This document shows, piece after piece, positions 19,804 to 31,154 of a stretch of DNA of 64,000 nucleotides. Made by a program: the position numbers and the translations under genes. The first letter of the stretch is position 1; each line of letters begins with the position of its first letter. The stretch comes from an uncultured Candidatus Saccharibacteria bacterium (GTDB taxonomy: Bacteria > Patescibacteriota > Doudnabacteria > UBA920), in assembly GCA_964474825.1 (NCBI GenBank), contig CAYYWQ010000001.1, positions 357,609 through 421,608 of the forward strand, given 5' to 3'. Below the pieces are notes generated by a model. It did not search any database, had not been told where the DNA came from, and saw only the letters and a list, made by a program, of their open reading frames with translations.

Positions 19804-21147
19804 CTATTTTGGCTTAATAACATCTGTCCCCACATATGGCCTAAGAATTTCGGGGACAATAACGCTGCCGTCCGGTTGTTGGTAATTTTCCAGTATGGCA
19901 ATTAAAATTCTAGGGCTGGCAATAACTGTGTTGTTTAAAGTAAAAACATGTTTAGTTTTGCCGTCTGCAGCTTTATATTTTATGTTGAGCCTTCGTGCTT
20001 GCCAGTCTGTTAAATTTGAGTCGCTATGGGTTTCGCCAAAATCGCCTCGGCTGGGCATCCAGGTTTCTATGTCATACATTTTGTATTTACCGGCACCCAT
20101 ATCGCCGGTACAAATGTTAAGTACACGATGCGGTAATTTTAAGTCCATCAACATTTCCTGGGCAATTTCTCTCATTCCCTCTAGCCACTTCTCACTTTCC
20201 ATTATGTCCGCCTTGCAAAGCACTACCTGTTCAACTTTCATAAATTCATGGACACGGTAAATGCCACGAGTGTCTTTACCGTAACTACCAATTTCTCCGC
20301 GGAAGCAGGAGCTAATACCGCAAACTTTTACAGGCAAATCTTTTTCCTCTAAAGTTTTATCCGCGTAATAGGCCAAAAGGCTTGGTTCGCTGGTGCCTGC
20401 TAAATATAAAGGCTCGGTAACCCCTTTTTCAATATTTTCCTGGGTTAGTACCTGGTATTGGTCGGCTTTGCCAAAAGGAAAATGCCCGCTGCCGTAAAAA
20501 GCAAACTCGCGGTCAAGAATTGGCGGGACCATTAAATCAAAACCTTTTTCTTTCATTTTCTTTAATGCATGCCAAATAAGCCCGTACTGCATAAGTACTG
20601 CTTCATTTTTTAAGTAATAGCCGCGGAAGCCCGAAGTTTTTACCCCGGCTTCAGTATCTATCAAATTCAAATTCTCCCCCAAAGTCATGTGGTCTTTAAT
20701 TTCAAAATTAAATTTTGGAGGAATGTTCTCTATTCTCTCTAAATCCTTGGCGTCAACATTGCCCATTTCCGCATTCCAGTAGGCCCACGGAACATTGCCC
20801 GAAGAATCCGGTCCAATCGGGGTTTCAGAACTTGGAATATTGGGCACCATGTACATTAACTTTTCGTATTCCGGTAATACCTGTTCCAGTTTAGCCTTGA
20901 GTTCGGTGGTTTTCACGTCCACTTCCTTCATTTGCAAAAGCTTTGCCTTTTTGTCTTCCGGTGAAAGTGTTGGTATTTCCTTAGACGCTTGGTTCTTGGT
21001 TGCCTGGAGGCTTTCCAGTTCTGTAAGAAAATTACGTCTTTGGCTGTCCAAGTCTAAAAGACGGTCTAAGTCCAAACTAATTCTTTTATCTGTTATGGCT
21101 TTTTTTACTGCTTCTTGGTTTTCGCGGATGAATTTAATGTCTAACAT
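19804..21147 (-). CDS. serS: Serine--tRNA ligase
   Basis: MLDIKFIREN, coiled coil, GTSE, FRGEIG, GIYRVHEF.KVE, LNNT. Confidence 0.98.
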   Translation of the reverse strand: MLDIKFIRENQEAVKKAITDKRISLDLDRLLDLDSQRRNFLTELESLQATKNQASKEIPTLSPEDKKAKLLQMKEVDVKTTELKAKLEQVLPEYEKLMYMVPNIPSSETPIGPDSSGNVPWAYWNAEMGNVDAKDLERIENIPPKFNFEIKDHMTLGENLNLIDTEAGVKTSGFRGYYLKNEAVLMQYGLIWHALKKMKEKGFDLMVPPILDREFAFYGSGHFPFGKADQYQVLTQENIEKGVTEPLYLAGTSEPSLLAYYADKTLEEKDLPVKVCGISSCFRGEIGSYGKDTRGIYRVHEFMKVEQVVLCKADIMESEKWLEGMREIAQEMLMDLKLPHRVLNICTGDMGAGKYKMYDIETWMPSRGDFGETHSDSNLTDWQARRLNIKYKAADGKTKHVFTLNNTVIASPRILIAILENYQQPDGSVIVPEILRPYVGTDVIKPK

Positions 21148-21157
21148 AGTCTTAGGG

Positions 21158-21580
21158 TTAAGTATTTAAAAAATTAACTGTTTGGTGAATGTTATTAAAT
21201 GCGTTGTAATTTTTTACATCTTCAAATTTAACAAATTTGAGTTCAGCGATTTCTTCGTCTTTTAAACTTAATTCCCCGCCGACTACTTTGCATTCATAGG
21301 TTAGAATAATTATTTGAAAGTCTTCGCCATTAGAGCCTTGTTGTCTGTCCGTAAAAATTTTCGGCAAAAGCCTTATGACTTTGACATTCAGACCAGACTC
21401 CTCTTTAACTTCCCTAATTAAAGCCTGTTCCGGTTCTTCCCCAAATTCTATTCCCCCTCCAACAAATTCCCATTTGCCGTCTGCTTCCGGGTGATTAGGC
21501 TGGTGCCTTTTAGCCAGCAAAATCTCCCCCTTTTCGTTTCTGATTACTGCGGCAACAATAAAAATTTGTTTTTGTTCCAT
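21158..21580 (-). CDS. NUDIX hydrolase (MutT-like)
   Basis: Nudix box GGGIEFGEEPEQALIREVKEESGL. Confidence 0.92.
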   Translation of the reverse strand: MEQKQIFIVAAVIRNEKGEILLAKRHQPNHPEADGKWEFVGGGIEFGEEPEQALIREVKEESGLNVKVIRLLPKIFTDRQQGSNGEDFQIIILTYECKVVGGELSLKDEEIAELKFVKFEDVKNYNAFNNIHQTVNFLNT

Positions 21581-22158
21581 TATATGAAAAATTCTTTTAA
21601 TTTATCAAACGCCCATTTGCGGTGGTTATGGTTAGTATCAATAATTTCTTCGTAATATTTATTTATGTCCGAGACAATAAACACCAAATCCCAAGGGTAA
21701 CCGGGTATTTCACCGCCGTTGTAAACCTTGTCTGTCAAAGTTCCCTTTATAATTCCTTCGGCAGTTTGAGTTTGTTTCCCGTCACAATACGCTTCCACTA
21801 CTCTTAACTGCGCCTGTCGTTGATCAGGCGGGATGGCTTTAATTTTTTCCAAAATAAATTTTAAATAATGCTGGTCGTTGCCTCCCTTGCCGTCCCAATA
21901 CCTTGTGTTAACTCCCGGCTCCATTTTGTAGAATGAAATCTCAATCCCGCTATCATCTGCCAGAGTAGGTAGTCCAGAAAGTTTTTGATAAAATTCAGCT
22001 TTGGCTTTTGCGTTTTCTTCAAAGGTGTTATAAATTTCCTCAAATTCTTCAGTAATACCAACGTCTTTTAAGCCAACTATTTCCAGGGGCAAGTCTTTAG
22101 TGATACTTTTATAATCTTCCAGTTTGGATTGGTTGAAAGTTGCAATTAAGAGCTTCAT
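21580..22158 (-). CDS. rdgB: Non-canonical purine NTP pyrophosphatase (HAM1/RdgB family)
   Basis: IATFNQSK, TFEENA..KA, LADDSG, PGV; C-terminal NHR in place of the usual SHR. Confidence 0.88.
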   Translation of the reverse strand: MKLLIATFNQSKLEDYKSITKDLPLEIVGLKDVGITEEFEEIYNTFEENAKAKAEFYQKLSGLPTLADDSGIEISFYKMEPGVNTRYWDGKGGNDQHYLKFILEKIKAIPPDQRQAQLRVVEAYCDGKQTQTAEGIIKGTLTDKVYNGGEIPGYPWDLVFIVSDINKYYEEIIDTNHNHRKWAFDKLKEFFI

Positions 22159-24056
22159 TATTTGTACAGTTCAAAATGTTTGGTTAAGGCCTCTACCTCG
22201 GATTTTTTGCCGAATACCAGAACTCCCAAAAATTCGACATCTTCCAAGTTTTTAGATTTTGCCGCAGCGATAACTTTTCGGTCGTCTGTGGTTTCTATCA
22301 TTTCGCGAATGAATTCAGAAACTTCCAGGCCTCCCTTTTTAGCATGGGCTGATAATTTTTGTAGGGTGGAAGAGGACTCAGCCGTCTTAATCATTATGGC
22401 GTGCTGAATATTAAGTTTAATTTTTTCGCCGTCTTTGGTCTCTATGTTTTCCTGGAGCAGTAATTTTTTACCTCCATGAATGCCAAGTTCCGCGTTTAAG
22501 TGCGCTACGGTGTTCATTTCCTGCCAGGCTGCCAAGTTTGCGCCTTTGTTAATTACAGCAACGGCAATTTTGGTGTCCTTGGATTTCTCCGGGACTTTTG
22601 TTGCTTCTTTCATTGGCGGAAAAATAACTGTTTCGCGAATAGAGCGGTCTACAAGGAAACTAAATAAGCGTTCAGAAACGCCAAAACCAGCGCACGGCGG
22701 CATACCGTATTCCATGGCTTCAACATAGGCTTCGTCTAGCATCTGGGCTTCTTCGTCGCCCTGGGCCCGTAGCTTCATTTGCTCTTCAAATCTTAAACGT
22801 TGGTCTACAGGGTCGTTAAGTTCGCCAAACCCCTTGCCCAGTTCAGAGCCGTAGGCAATAATTTGCGCGCGCTGAACAAGTTTAGGATTTTTAGGGTCGC
22901 GCTTAGCGAGGGGTTCTAATTCCACTGGCTGATCAATTAAAAATACAGGTTTGCCGGTTGGAATGTTTTTACGGACTTCTTTAAAAATTAAATCTATAAG
23001 GCGGCCGCGGCCGGCAAATTCTTCGTAAAAGATTTTATTTTTGTCGCAGTATTTTTTAAGCTCATCATCTGCCGCTTCCATTAAATCTATCTTCGTATGC
23101 TTTTTAAACAAATCTACATAGCTAACTTTTTCCCACTCCCCGCTCCAGTCAACAGTTTGACCATGAGATGTAATTTCTAAAGTGCCGAAAGTTTCTTTTA
23201 TCACGAACTGATATAGCTCGGTTAAGAAGTTCATCAAATCGTTAAAGTCCGCGTAAGCCCAATAGAATTCCAGTTGGGTGTAGTCCTGTAAATGTTCAGT
23301 GTCTATGCCTTCGTTGCGGAAAATGCGGCCAAGTTCAAAAACTTTTTCGTAACCACCAACTAACATTTTCTTAAGGGGTAATTCTAAACTAATTCTAAGG
23401 TAAAAATCGCGGTCTAAAGCGTTGTGGTGGGTAATAAAGGGTTTGGCTTCGGCTCCCCCGGTTGTAGCCTCTAAAACCGGCATTTCTACTTCCAAGAAGT
23501 CTTTTTGGAGCATAAACTGGCGGAACGAACCCCAAAATTTTGCCTTTTTTACAAAAAGGTCCTTAGTTTTTGGATCAAGTAAAATGTCTAAGTATCTTTT
23601 TCTAAGCTTAATTTCTTCGTCTTGCAAGCCAAAGTGTTCACTGGGCAATGGAAGTAAACTTTTGGCTAGTAGCTTGTAGCCGGTAGCCTGGAGGGTTTTT
23701 TCTTCGGTCTTGGTTTTAAACAGTGTTCCGGTAACTTGAATAAAATCACCAATGTCAAAAAAATCCATTAACTTTTTAAATTCTTCAGCGCCGACACTTT
23801 CTTCTTTAAATAAAACCTGGATTTTTGCACTGCCGTCTTCAATATGGGCAAAAATTATTTTGCCCATATCGCGCCAACTGCGAATGCGGCCAACAAGAGT
23901 AATTGGTTTACCCGACAGTTCGTCAAAACCTTCCAAAGCCTGTTGGTTGCTATTGGTACGGTCAACAGAAGAAGGGTATGCGTCTATGCCCGCTTTTTTT
24001 ATATTTTCTAAGCTTTGCCTGCGAGCGGCAAGAATGTCTTCTAAACGGTCACTCAT
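22158..24056 (-). CDS. lysS: Lysine--tRNA ligase (class II) with C-terminal DUF2000/PTH2-like extension
   Basis: OB domain, RKRYLD, GGAEAKPF, FRNEG, ELNDP, EYGMPP, IRETVIFP, then about 140 extra aa. Confidence 0.97.
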   Translation of the reverse strand: MSDRLEDILAARRQSLENIKKAGIDAYPSSVDRTNSNQQALEGFDELSGKPITLVGRIRSWRDMGKIIFAHIEDGSAKIQVLFKEESVGAEEFKKLMDFFDIGDFIQVTGTLFKTKTEEKTLQATGYKLLAKSLLPLPSEHFGLQDEEIKLRKRYLDILLDPKTKDLFVKKAKFWGSFRQFMLQKDFLEVEMPVLEATTGGAEAKPFITHHNALDRDFYLRISLELPLKKMLVGGYEKVFELGRIFRNEGIDTEHLQDYTQLEFYWAYADFNDLMNFLTELYQFVIKETFGTLEITSHGQTVDWSGEWEKVSYVDLFKKHTKIDLMEAADDELKKYCDKNKIFYEEFAGRGRLIDLIFKEVRKNIPTGKPVFLIDQPVELEPLAKRDPKNPKLVQRAQIIAYGSELGKGFGELNDPVDQRLRFEEQMKLRAQGDEEAQMLDEAYVEAMEYGMPPCAGFGVSERLFSFLVDRSIRETVIFPPMKEATKVPEKSKDTKIAVAVINKGANLAAWQEMNTVAHLNAELGIHGGKKLLLQENIETKDGEKIKLNIQHAIMIKTAESSSTLQKLSAHAKKGGLEVSEFIREMIETTDDRKVIAAAKSKNLEDVEFLGVLVFGKKSEVEALTKHFELYK

Positions 24057-24092
24057 CGGTTTTGGTCTTAAGATTTATGCCTAAATTATAAC

Positions 24093-24122
24093 AAAACCGC
24101 CCTTTTTAGGCAAAAGGGCGGT
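24093..24122 (-). terminator. Intrinsic terminator after greA
   Basis: aaaaccgcccttt...aaagggcggt. Confidence 0.75.
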
Positions 24123-24138
24123 TAAATTTATGGTTATT

Positions 24139-24606
24139 TTATTCTATGCTGACTATTTCATAGTCCATTTCCCCTGCCGGGGCTAAGACTTTGAATTTTT
24201 CGCCGACTTTGCGGCCGAGTAAGGCTTTACCAACTACAGATTCGTTGGAAATTTTGCCTTCTTTGGGGTTAGCTTCATTGCTTCCCACAATAGCGTATTT
24301 TTTTTGAACCCCACCGGTTTTAACTGTCACAGTAGAGCCAATGGTTGCTGTGCCGCCGTGATGACCCGAGGCCATGGTAATAATTTCGGCATTTTTGATC
24401 ATGTCCTCAATTTCCAGAATGCGGCCTTCAATAAAGCTTTGTTCTTCCCTAGCCTGGGCGTAGTCCGCGTTTTCGCTTAAATCACCATGGCTGGCTGCTT
24501 CGCGGATCCGTTCAATTACGTCCGGCCTCTTTTTGCCAATGAGTTCCTGTAATTCGTGATTAAGTTTTTCCAGGCCTTCCTGAGTCAGTAAATATTTTTT
24601 GGACAT
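24139..24606 (-). CDS. greA: Transcription elongation factor GreA
   Basis: LTQEG, HGDLSENADY, EGRI, IVGSNEA, ISNES.VGKALLG. Confidence 0.98.
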   Translation of the reverse strand: MSKKYLLTQEGLEKLNHELQELIGKKRPDVIERIREAASHGDLSENADYAQAREEQSFIEGRILEIEDMIKNAEIITMASGHHGGTATIGSTVTVKTGGVQKKYAIVGSNEANPKEGKISNESVVGKALLGRKVGEKFKVLAPAGEMDYEIVSIE

Positions 24607-24691
24607 TAAATTTGTTTAGTATTTAAAAATAAAAGATATAAAATAGACTGGATATATGTTAATGGAAAATCTAATAAAAGTCAATGTTTGG

Positions 24692-25075
24692 CTACTCTAA
24701 CAAACTCCCATCTTTTTGAATCCGAAGGCAATATTCGTAGGATGTAACATAGAGTCTGTTAATGTCGCAGACTTTTCCTATAGCAGTATCTCTCTGTTTA
24801 TAAGTTGAATAACTCAGTGTATAATATTGTGCAAATTCTGAAACAGAAAAATAATGCAGAGCCCCATATTTATCTGTTGGAAAGGAGTTATTGAATTCTT
24901 GTTCAGTAGGCAAGCGTTTGTTTTGGTTTACAAACTTTTGTATATATTCGTAAGCTTTTTTCGCTTGGGTTATATTATTGTTATCCTTATAGGAAGGATA
25001 CACATAAAAGATACCAATAATAACTAATATTATTAAGACAAAACCCGCACTGACTAACTTGATCCATAGTTTCAT
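24692..25075 (-). CDS. Single-TM hypothetical protein with pilin-like features
   Basis: N-terminal TM, amphipathic helix ending YIQKF..QNKRLP, YTLSY, two C-terminal Cys; AT-rich; start uncertain. Confidence 0.6.
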   Translation of the reverse strand: MKLWIKLVSAGFVLIILVIIGIFYVYPSYKDNNNITQAKKAYEYIQKFVNQNKRLPTEQEFNNSFPTDKYGALHYFSVSEFAQYYTLSYSTYKQRDTAIGKVCDINRLYVTSYEYCLRIQKDGSLLE

Positions 25076-25132
25076 ATATTTTTCTAGAACAACTGCTCTT
25101 AATTTTAAGTTCAAATTTAAAACTTTTGAAAA

Positions 25133-25426
25133 TTATTGTTGATCTGAATCTTTGTATTCTTCTTCTTGTGCTTTTAGTACGCGTTCGTAAATTGAAGGAC
25201 ATGTAGGACAGTCGTCTATGTGGCGCTGTAGGATTTCAAAAGCATGCTTTGCTGGCGGCGTATCTTCCAAAACATGATCATTAATTTCCTCATCTGAGGA
25301 GGACTCCATTAATTGATGTATAGCATCGACCGCTTCCGGGTCTGAGCCTTCCATTTCCTCTAAGTCCGACCAGGAATATTTAGGGTCATGCTCATGGTCT
25401 TGCGGGGGGATTTCTGTTTCCGACAT
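25133..25426 (-). CDS. Acidic hypothetical protein with HxxxCxxC motif
   Basis: D/E-rich, HIDDCPTC; starts 12 nt after the gyrB stop. Confidence 0.65.
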   Translation of the reverse strand: MSETEIPPQDHEHDPKYSWSDLEEMEGSDPEAVDAIHQLMESSSDEEINDHVLEDTPPAKHAFEILQRHIDDCPTCPSIYERVLKAQEEEYKDSDQQ

Positions 25427-25438
25427 AATTTTGTTTAA

Positions 25439-27768
<2,330 letters not shown>

Positions 27769-27872
27769 AAAATTTTGCGAAGTTTCTCTACATGGATTTT
27801 AACATATTTTAACTAAAAATTCTAGTCTTTTTTATGACAAATTTTCATATTTTATGGCTTAAATAAAGCTAA

Positions 27873-27904
27873 CTTTAAAGGCTCACATAGGTGAGCCTTT
27901 AAAG
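27873..27904 (-). terminator. Hairpin/terminator after pheS
   Basis: ctttaaaggctcac-atag-gtgagcctttaaag. Confidence 0.75.
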
Positions 27905-27923
27905 GGAATTTATCCCCACTTTA

Positions 27924-29057
27924 TTAACGCAATTCTGCGTTATATTGTGCTTTAGTTTCTTCGTAAAGCTTCTTCTGTAGAGGCTCAACCTCTTCAGTTT
28001 TTAGGGTCCGCTCCGGGCTTCTGTAGGTTACTCTGTACGTATAACTAATTTTGTCTTTGCCGAACTTTTTTTCGTCTTCGTATTTGTCTAATAATTCAAC
28101 CTGCTCCACTAAATCTTTCCCAATTTCGCGAATGAGGTCAAAATAGTTATTGGGCACAAAGTCTTTGTTTACAATAAAAGAAATGTCGCGGGTAATTGGC
28201 GGAAACTTGCTGACTTCGGTAAACTTGTGGCCGAGCTTTAATTGTTTTCTTACGCGCGGGTCCTCGCTCCAAAGCAGTCTTATGTCCGGCAAATCCATAC
28301 TGGCAATGGCAAGTCTTTCCAAACCAAAGCCGTATGCCCAGCCGTGGTAACCGGTTAAACCCATATTTTCCAAAACACTTTTTCTGGCCATGCCACTACC
28401 TAGCATTTCCATCCACTGGCCGTTAATTTCCGCTTCCATTTCAAAACTAGGGTCTGTGTAAGGGAAATTGTGTTCGTAAAAACGGAAATTTGCGTCCCCA
28501 AAAATGCTTTTACCAATTTCTGAAAGCGCGTTTTTTAAATCTTCGGGGGTAATTTTTACTTTGTCGTCCGGCCCAATATACAGGCCGCCAAATTGGTGGA
28601 AGACATTCATGTGCTTGTTGTCTATTTCGTCTTTGCGGTAAACTTTCCCATAGCAAATGCAGCCAAGTGTTTCTTTGTTGGCTATGCGTTTTTTAATTTC
28701 AGGGTGATTAAGATAGTAATACCAAAAAACCGTGTCGTGGGTACGCAAGACATTGTTTTCGTCCAAGTAATACGTGTCGGACTTACTGCGGGCCGGATGC
28801 TCCGGAGGCATATTGAATAAATCAAATAAAATATTGGTTGGGACAATTTCCGGAATTTGAATAACGTCAAACCCTTCCAGGCTTTTAACTTTTTTAGCCC
28901 GGTCAATTATTTCCTTTAAAGGGCTTTCTTCGGCGCGTGACAAATCCGGCATGCTTAAATAGCGCCTAATGCGCTGGGCTTCAAAGTCTGTGCGCTTTTC
29001 CAGTTCTTTTTTTAGTCGCTGTTCTTCTTCGGTTGAAATTACAATATTTTGTGACAT
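27924..29057 (-). CDS. pheS: Phenylalanine--tRNA ligase, monomeric mitochondrial-type (catalytic domain plus FDX-ACB)
   Basis: HPARSKSDTYY, LRTH, YRKDEID..H...FHQ, FPYTDPSFE, GFGLERLA, DIRLLWS, then RDISF...YRVTYRS.ERTL. Confidence 0.93.
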   Translation of the reverse strand: MSQNIVISTEEEQRLKKELEKRTDFEAQRIRRYLSMPDLSRAEESPLKEIIDRAKKVKSLEGFDVIQIPEIVPTNILFDLFNMPPEHPARSKSDTYYLDENNVLRTHDTVFWYYYLNHPEIKKRIANKETLGCICYGKVYRKDEIDNKHMNVFHQFGGLYIGPDDKVKITPEDLKNALSEIGKSIFGDANFRFYEHNFPYTDPSFEMEAEINGQWMEMLGSGMARKSVLENMGLTGYHGWAYGFGLERLAIASMDLPDIRLLWSEDPRVRKQLKLGHKFTEVSKFPPITRDISFIVNKDFVPNNYFDLIREIGKDLVEQVELLDKYEDEKKFGKDKISYTYRVTYRSPERTLKTEEVEPLQKKLYEETKAQYNAELR

Positions 29058-29083
29058 GTTTCAGTGGATATCTTTTCTGGATG

Positions 29084-29515
29084 TCATTCTATCATACCAG
29101 GATTAAATTGGCTACCCGGGGCCGTGCCAGGTTTTAATAGCGCAATTTCAGGTTTTTCATTCAAGGGGCCCAGGCCCAACTCAAAAGCGGCGCAAATCAT
29201 ACCCTGGCTTTCTATGCCGCGGATTTTAGCTTTGGTTAAAATAAATGATTTATGGTTTTCATCGTGAATGCTTTTAGGGATGTTTGCTCCCGGCAAAGCC
29301 AAGACAACTATGTCCCCGACTCCGAAATTTAAAGCGCCACACACTACCGGTTCTACTACTGCATTTCCTACATCAAGCTTAATAACCCTTAAGCGGTCTG
29401 CGTTGGGGTGTTTTTGTATTTCCAAAACCTGGGCCGCAACGATGCCAGGGAAATTAGGAGTTGATGACGGTTTTAAGCTAAAAAGATTTTTAAAAAAGTT
29501 TAAAAATGTTTGCAT
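29084..29515 (-). CDS. Stand-alone tRNA-binding OB-fold (PheT B2/Trbp111-like)
   Basis: KHPNADRL...DVG, VVCGA.N, ALPGA, KIRGIESQGMIC...ELG. Confidence 0.9.
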   Translation of the reverse strand: MQTFLNFFKNLFSLKPSSTPNFPGIVAAQVLEIQKHPNADRLRVIKLDVGNAVVEPVVCGALNFGVGDIVVLALPGANIPKSIHDENHKSFILTKAKIRGIESQGMICAAFELGLGPLNEKPEIALLKPGTAPGSQFNPGMIE

Positions 29516-29521
29516 GTGTAT

Positions 29522-29604
29522 GTATTAAGTATAATGTATTTTGTATTTAGTATATACAGGAATACTGTTTTCATACAAAATACTTAATACAATATACTAA
29601 ATAC
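29522..29604. repeat. Inverted pair of 7-bp tandem arrays
   Basis: gtattaa gtataat gtatttt gtattta gtat / atacaaa atactta atacaat atactaa atac. Confidence 0.8.
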
Positions 29605-29608
29605 CAAT

Positions 29609-31147
29609 TTAGTAGTTTCTGCATTCTTCCTGGTTGCATAAATAACCGGTTTTACCTTTGGGTGGTGCGTCTAAAATAGCTTTTAAAGTAAAAGTGTCGA
29701 AGGTTTCGGAAACTTGGTATTCAAAATCTTCCCCGGTTTTTGGGTCAGTGGGGATTTGATCTATGTAATTTGGCACCAAATCTATTTTGTATTTGTCTTG
29801 CGGCGGAAAAACGTAATCTTGGTTTCCGGCTACATTTTTGTTGGAATACAAAAGCAGGGCGGTTTTTATCATTTCCAAATCCGTTTTACGCTGGTCGTCA
29901 TAAATGCCTGCTTGCTGGTCGTTTTGTTCTCTTAGCGCATCAGCAGCGTGTTTTTTTATAATTTGACCGGCGACCTCACTATAAAAGGAAAGCGTAAAAT
30001 CTTTGCCGTCTGAGCTTACCTGGTAAGTGTAAATGTAAGGCTGTTTGTTGACCGGGTCTTCCGCCCTTGTTGCAACTTTAAGGTAAGGCTTAACAGTATT
30101 AAACATTTCTGTAAAAGTGGCTGCTTTTGGGTAAGCCTTGCTGTCCTGGTTGTATTTTAATAAAGCCATGCCTATGCTTGAAATGGCCGCGCTGCGCTGG
30201 GCGTCCCGGCTTTGCTGGGCGTCGACTGAAACGTCCAGCCCTTCAAGAGGGCTGCCGCTTGCCGGGGTAGTAGTTGCCACGCTCTGCAAGGTGCTGCTGG
30301 CCGTAGAGGTTGCTACGGGTGGTGCAATTATGTTCCAGTCCGTTAAATTATAAATGCCCAATAGAACATCTTTTAAACTGACTATTGTCGGAGAATGTAC
30401 GCCAAATTCCTTCATTTTATTTGTTAGTTCCAGTAGTTGGGTTTCGCTATATTTTTGGTCCGTGCGAAAATCATAAGCGCCTTTAGCGTAGTCACTGTCA
30501 GTGTATTTTTGGTCTTTCCCGCTGTGCGCGTTCAAAGGGTTGCTGCCAAAAATATGAGCCTCGTCCCCGTCTGCCAGGCCGTCCTGGTCTGAGTCCGCGT
30601 TATTTGGGTCCGCGCCCAGGGTAAATTCTTCTTTGTTTGTTAAACCGTCGTGGTCGGGATCGGCGTTGTCGCCGCAAACTCCCGGATTGGAACACACCGC
30701 CTCGTTAAAATATTTTTTTAGCCAGTCGGTGTAAGACAAAGCCGCGCCTGGCTCAGAAGAGGGTTTCTCCCCAACCGGATGAAGTCCTGTGTTGGAATTT
30801 AATAAATCCTCAGATTTTTCTACAGCCAATTTAGTAAAAACAAAGTAGCTGACAGCCCCTAAAACTAAAACAACAACGCCAATTAAAATATGTAAGCGGT
30901 ATTTTTTGAGCATAGAGCTAAGTTTTCCGGGGGAAGCGGACTGCTGGCTTTGAGCTTGCTGGACTTTAATTAATGGTTGTACCAGTTCACCCTGTGCGCC
31001 GGTATTTTTTGGCATAACATTAAAAAACAAAAACTCGTCGGTCTGTGCCGCGGGTTTTTGCACCGATTTTATTAAAGGTTCGGGATTTTTAACCGGAATT
31101 TTATCTTGGTTTTCAGTTGTTTTTTGGTTTTGCGGAGCTGCGTCCAT
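29609..31147 (-). CDS. Membrane-anchored surface protein with Ca-binding DxDxDG repeats and two pilin/GspG-like domains
   Basis: TM near aa 85-105, DPDHDGL and DSDQDGLADGDE, SRDAQR...AL..Y...YP, DDQRKTDL..IKTAL..Y, IPTDP. Confidence 0.75.
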   Translation of the reverse strand: MDAAPQNQKTTENQDKIPVKNPEPLIKSVQKPAAQTDEFLFFNVMPKNTGAQGELVQPLIKVQQAQSQQSASPGKLSSMLKKYRLHILIGVVVLVLGAVSYFVFTKLAVEKSEDLLNSNTGLHPVGEKPSSEPGAALSYTDWLKKYFNEAVCSNPGVCGDNADPDHDGLTNKEEFTLGADPNNADSDQDGLADGDEAHIFGSNPLNAHSGKDQKYTDSDYAKGAYDFRTDQKYSETQLLELTNKMKEFGVHSPTIVSLKDVLLGIYNLTDWNIIAPPVATSTASSTLQSVATTTPASGSPLEGLDVSVDAQQSRDAQRSAAISSIGMALLKYNQDSKAYPKAATFTEMFNTVKPYLKVATRAEDPVNKQPYIYTYQVSSDGKDFTLSFYSEVAGQIIKKHAADALREQNDQQAGIYDDQRKTDLEMIKTALLLYSNKNVAGNQDYVFPPQDKYKIDLVPNYIDQIPTDPKTGEDFEYQVSETFDTFTLKAILDAPPKGKTGYLCNQEECRNY

Positions 31148-31154
31148 ACTAGTT

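Noticed and set aside
29084-29515. pheT pseudogene
   Set aside because: The ORF covers one intact domain with a clean start and stop, and no B3-B7 remnants lie next to it
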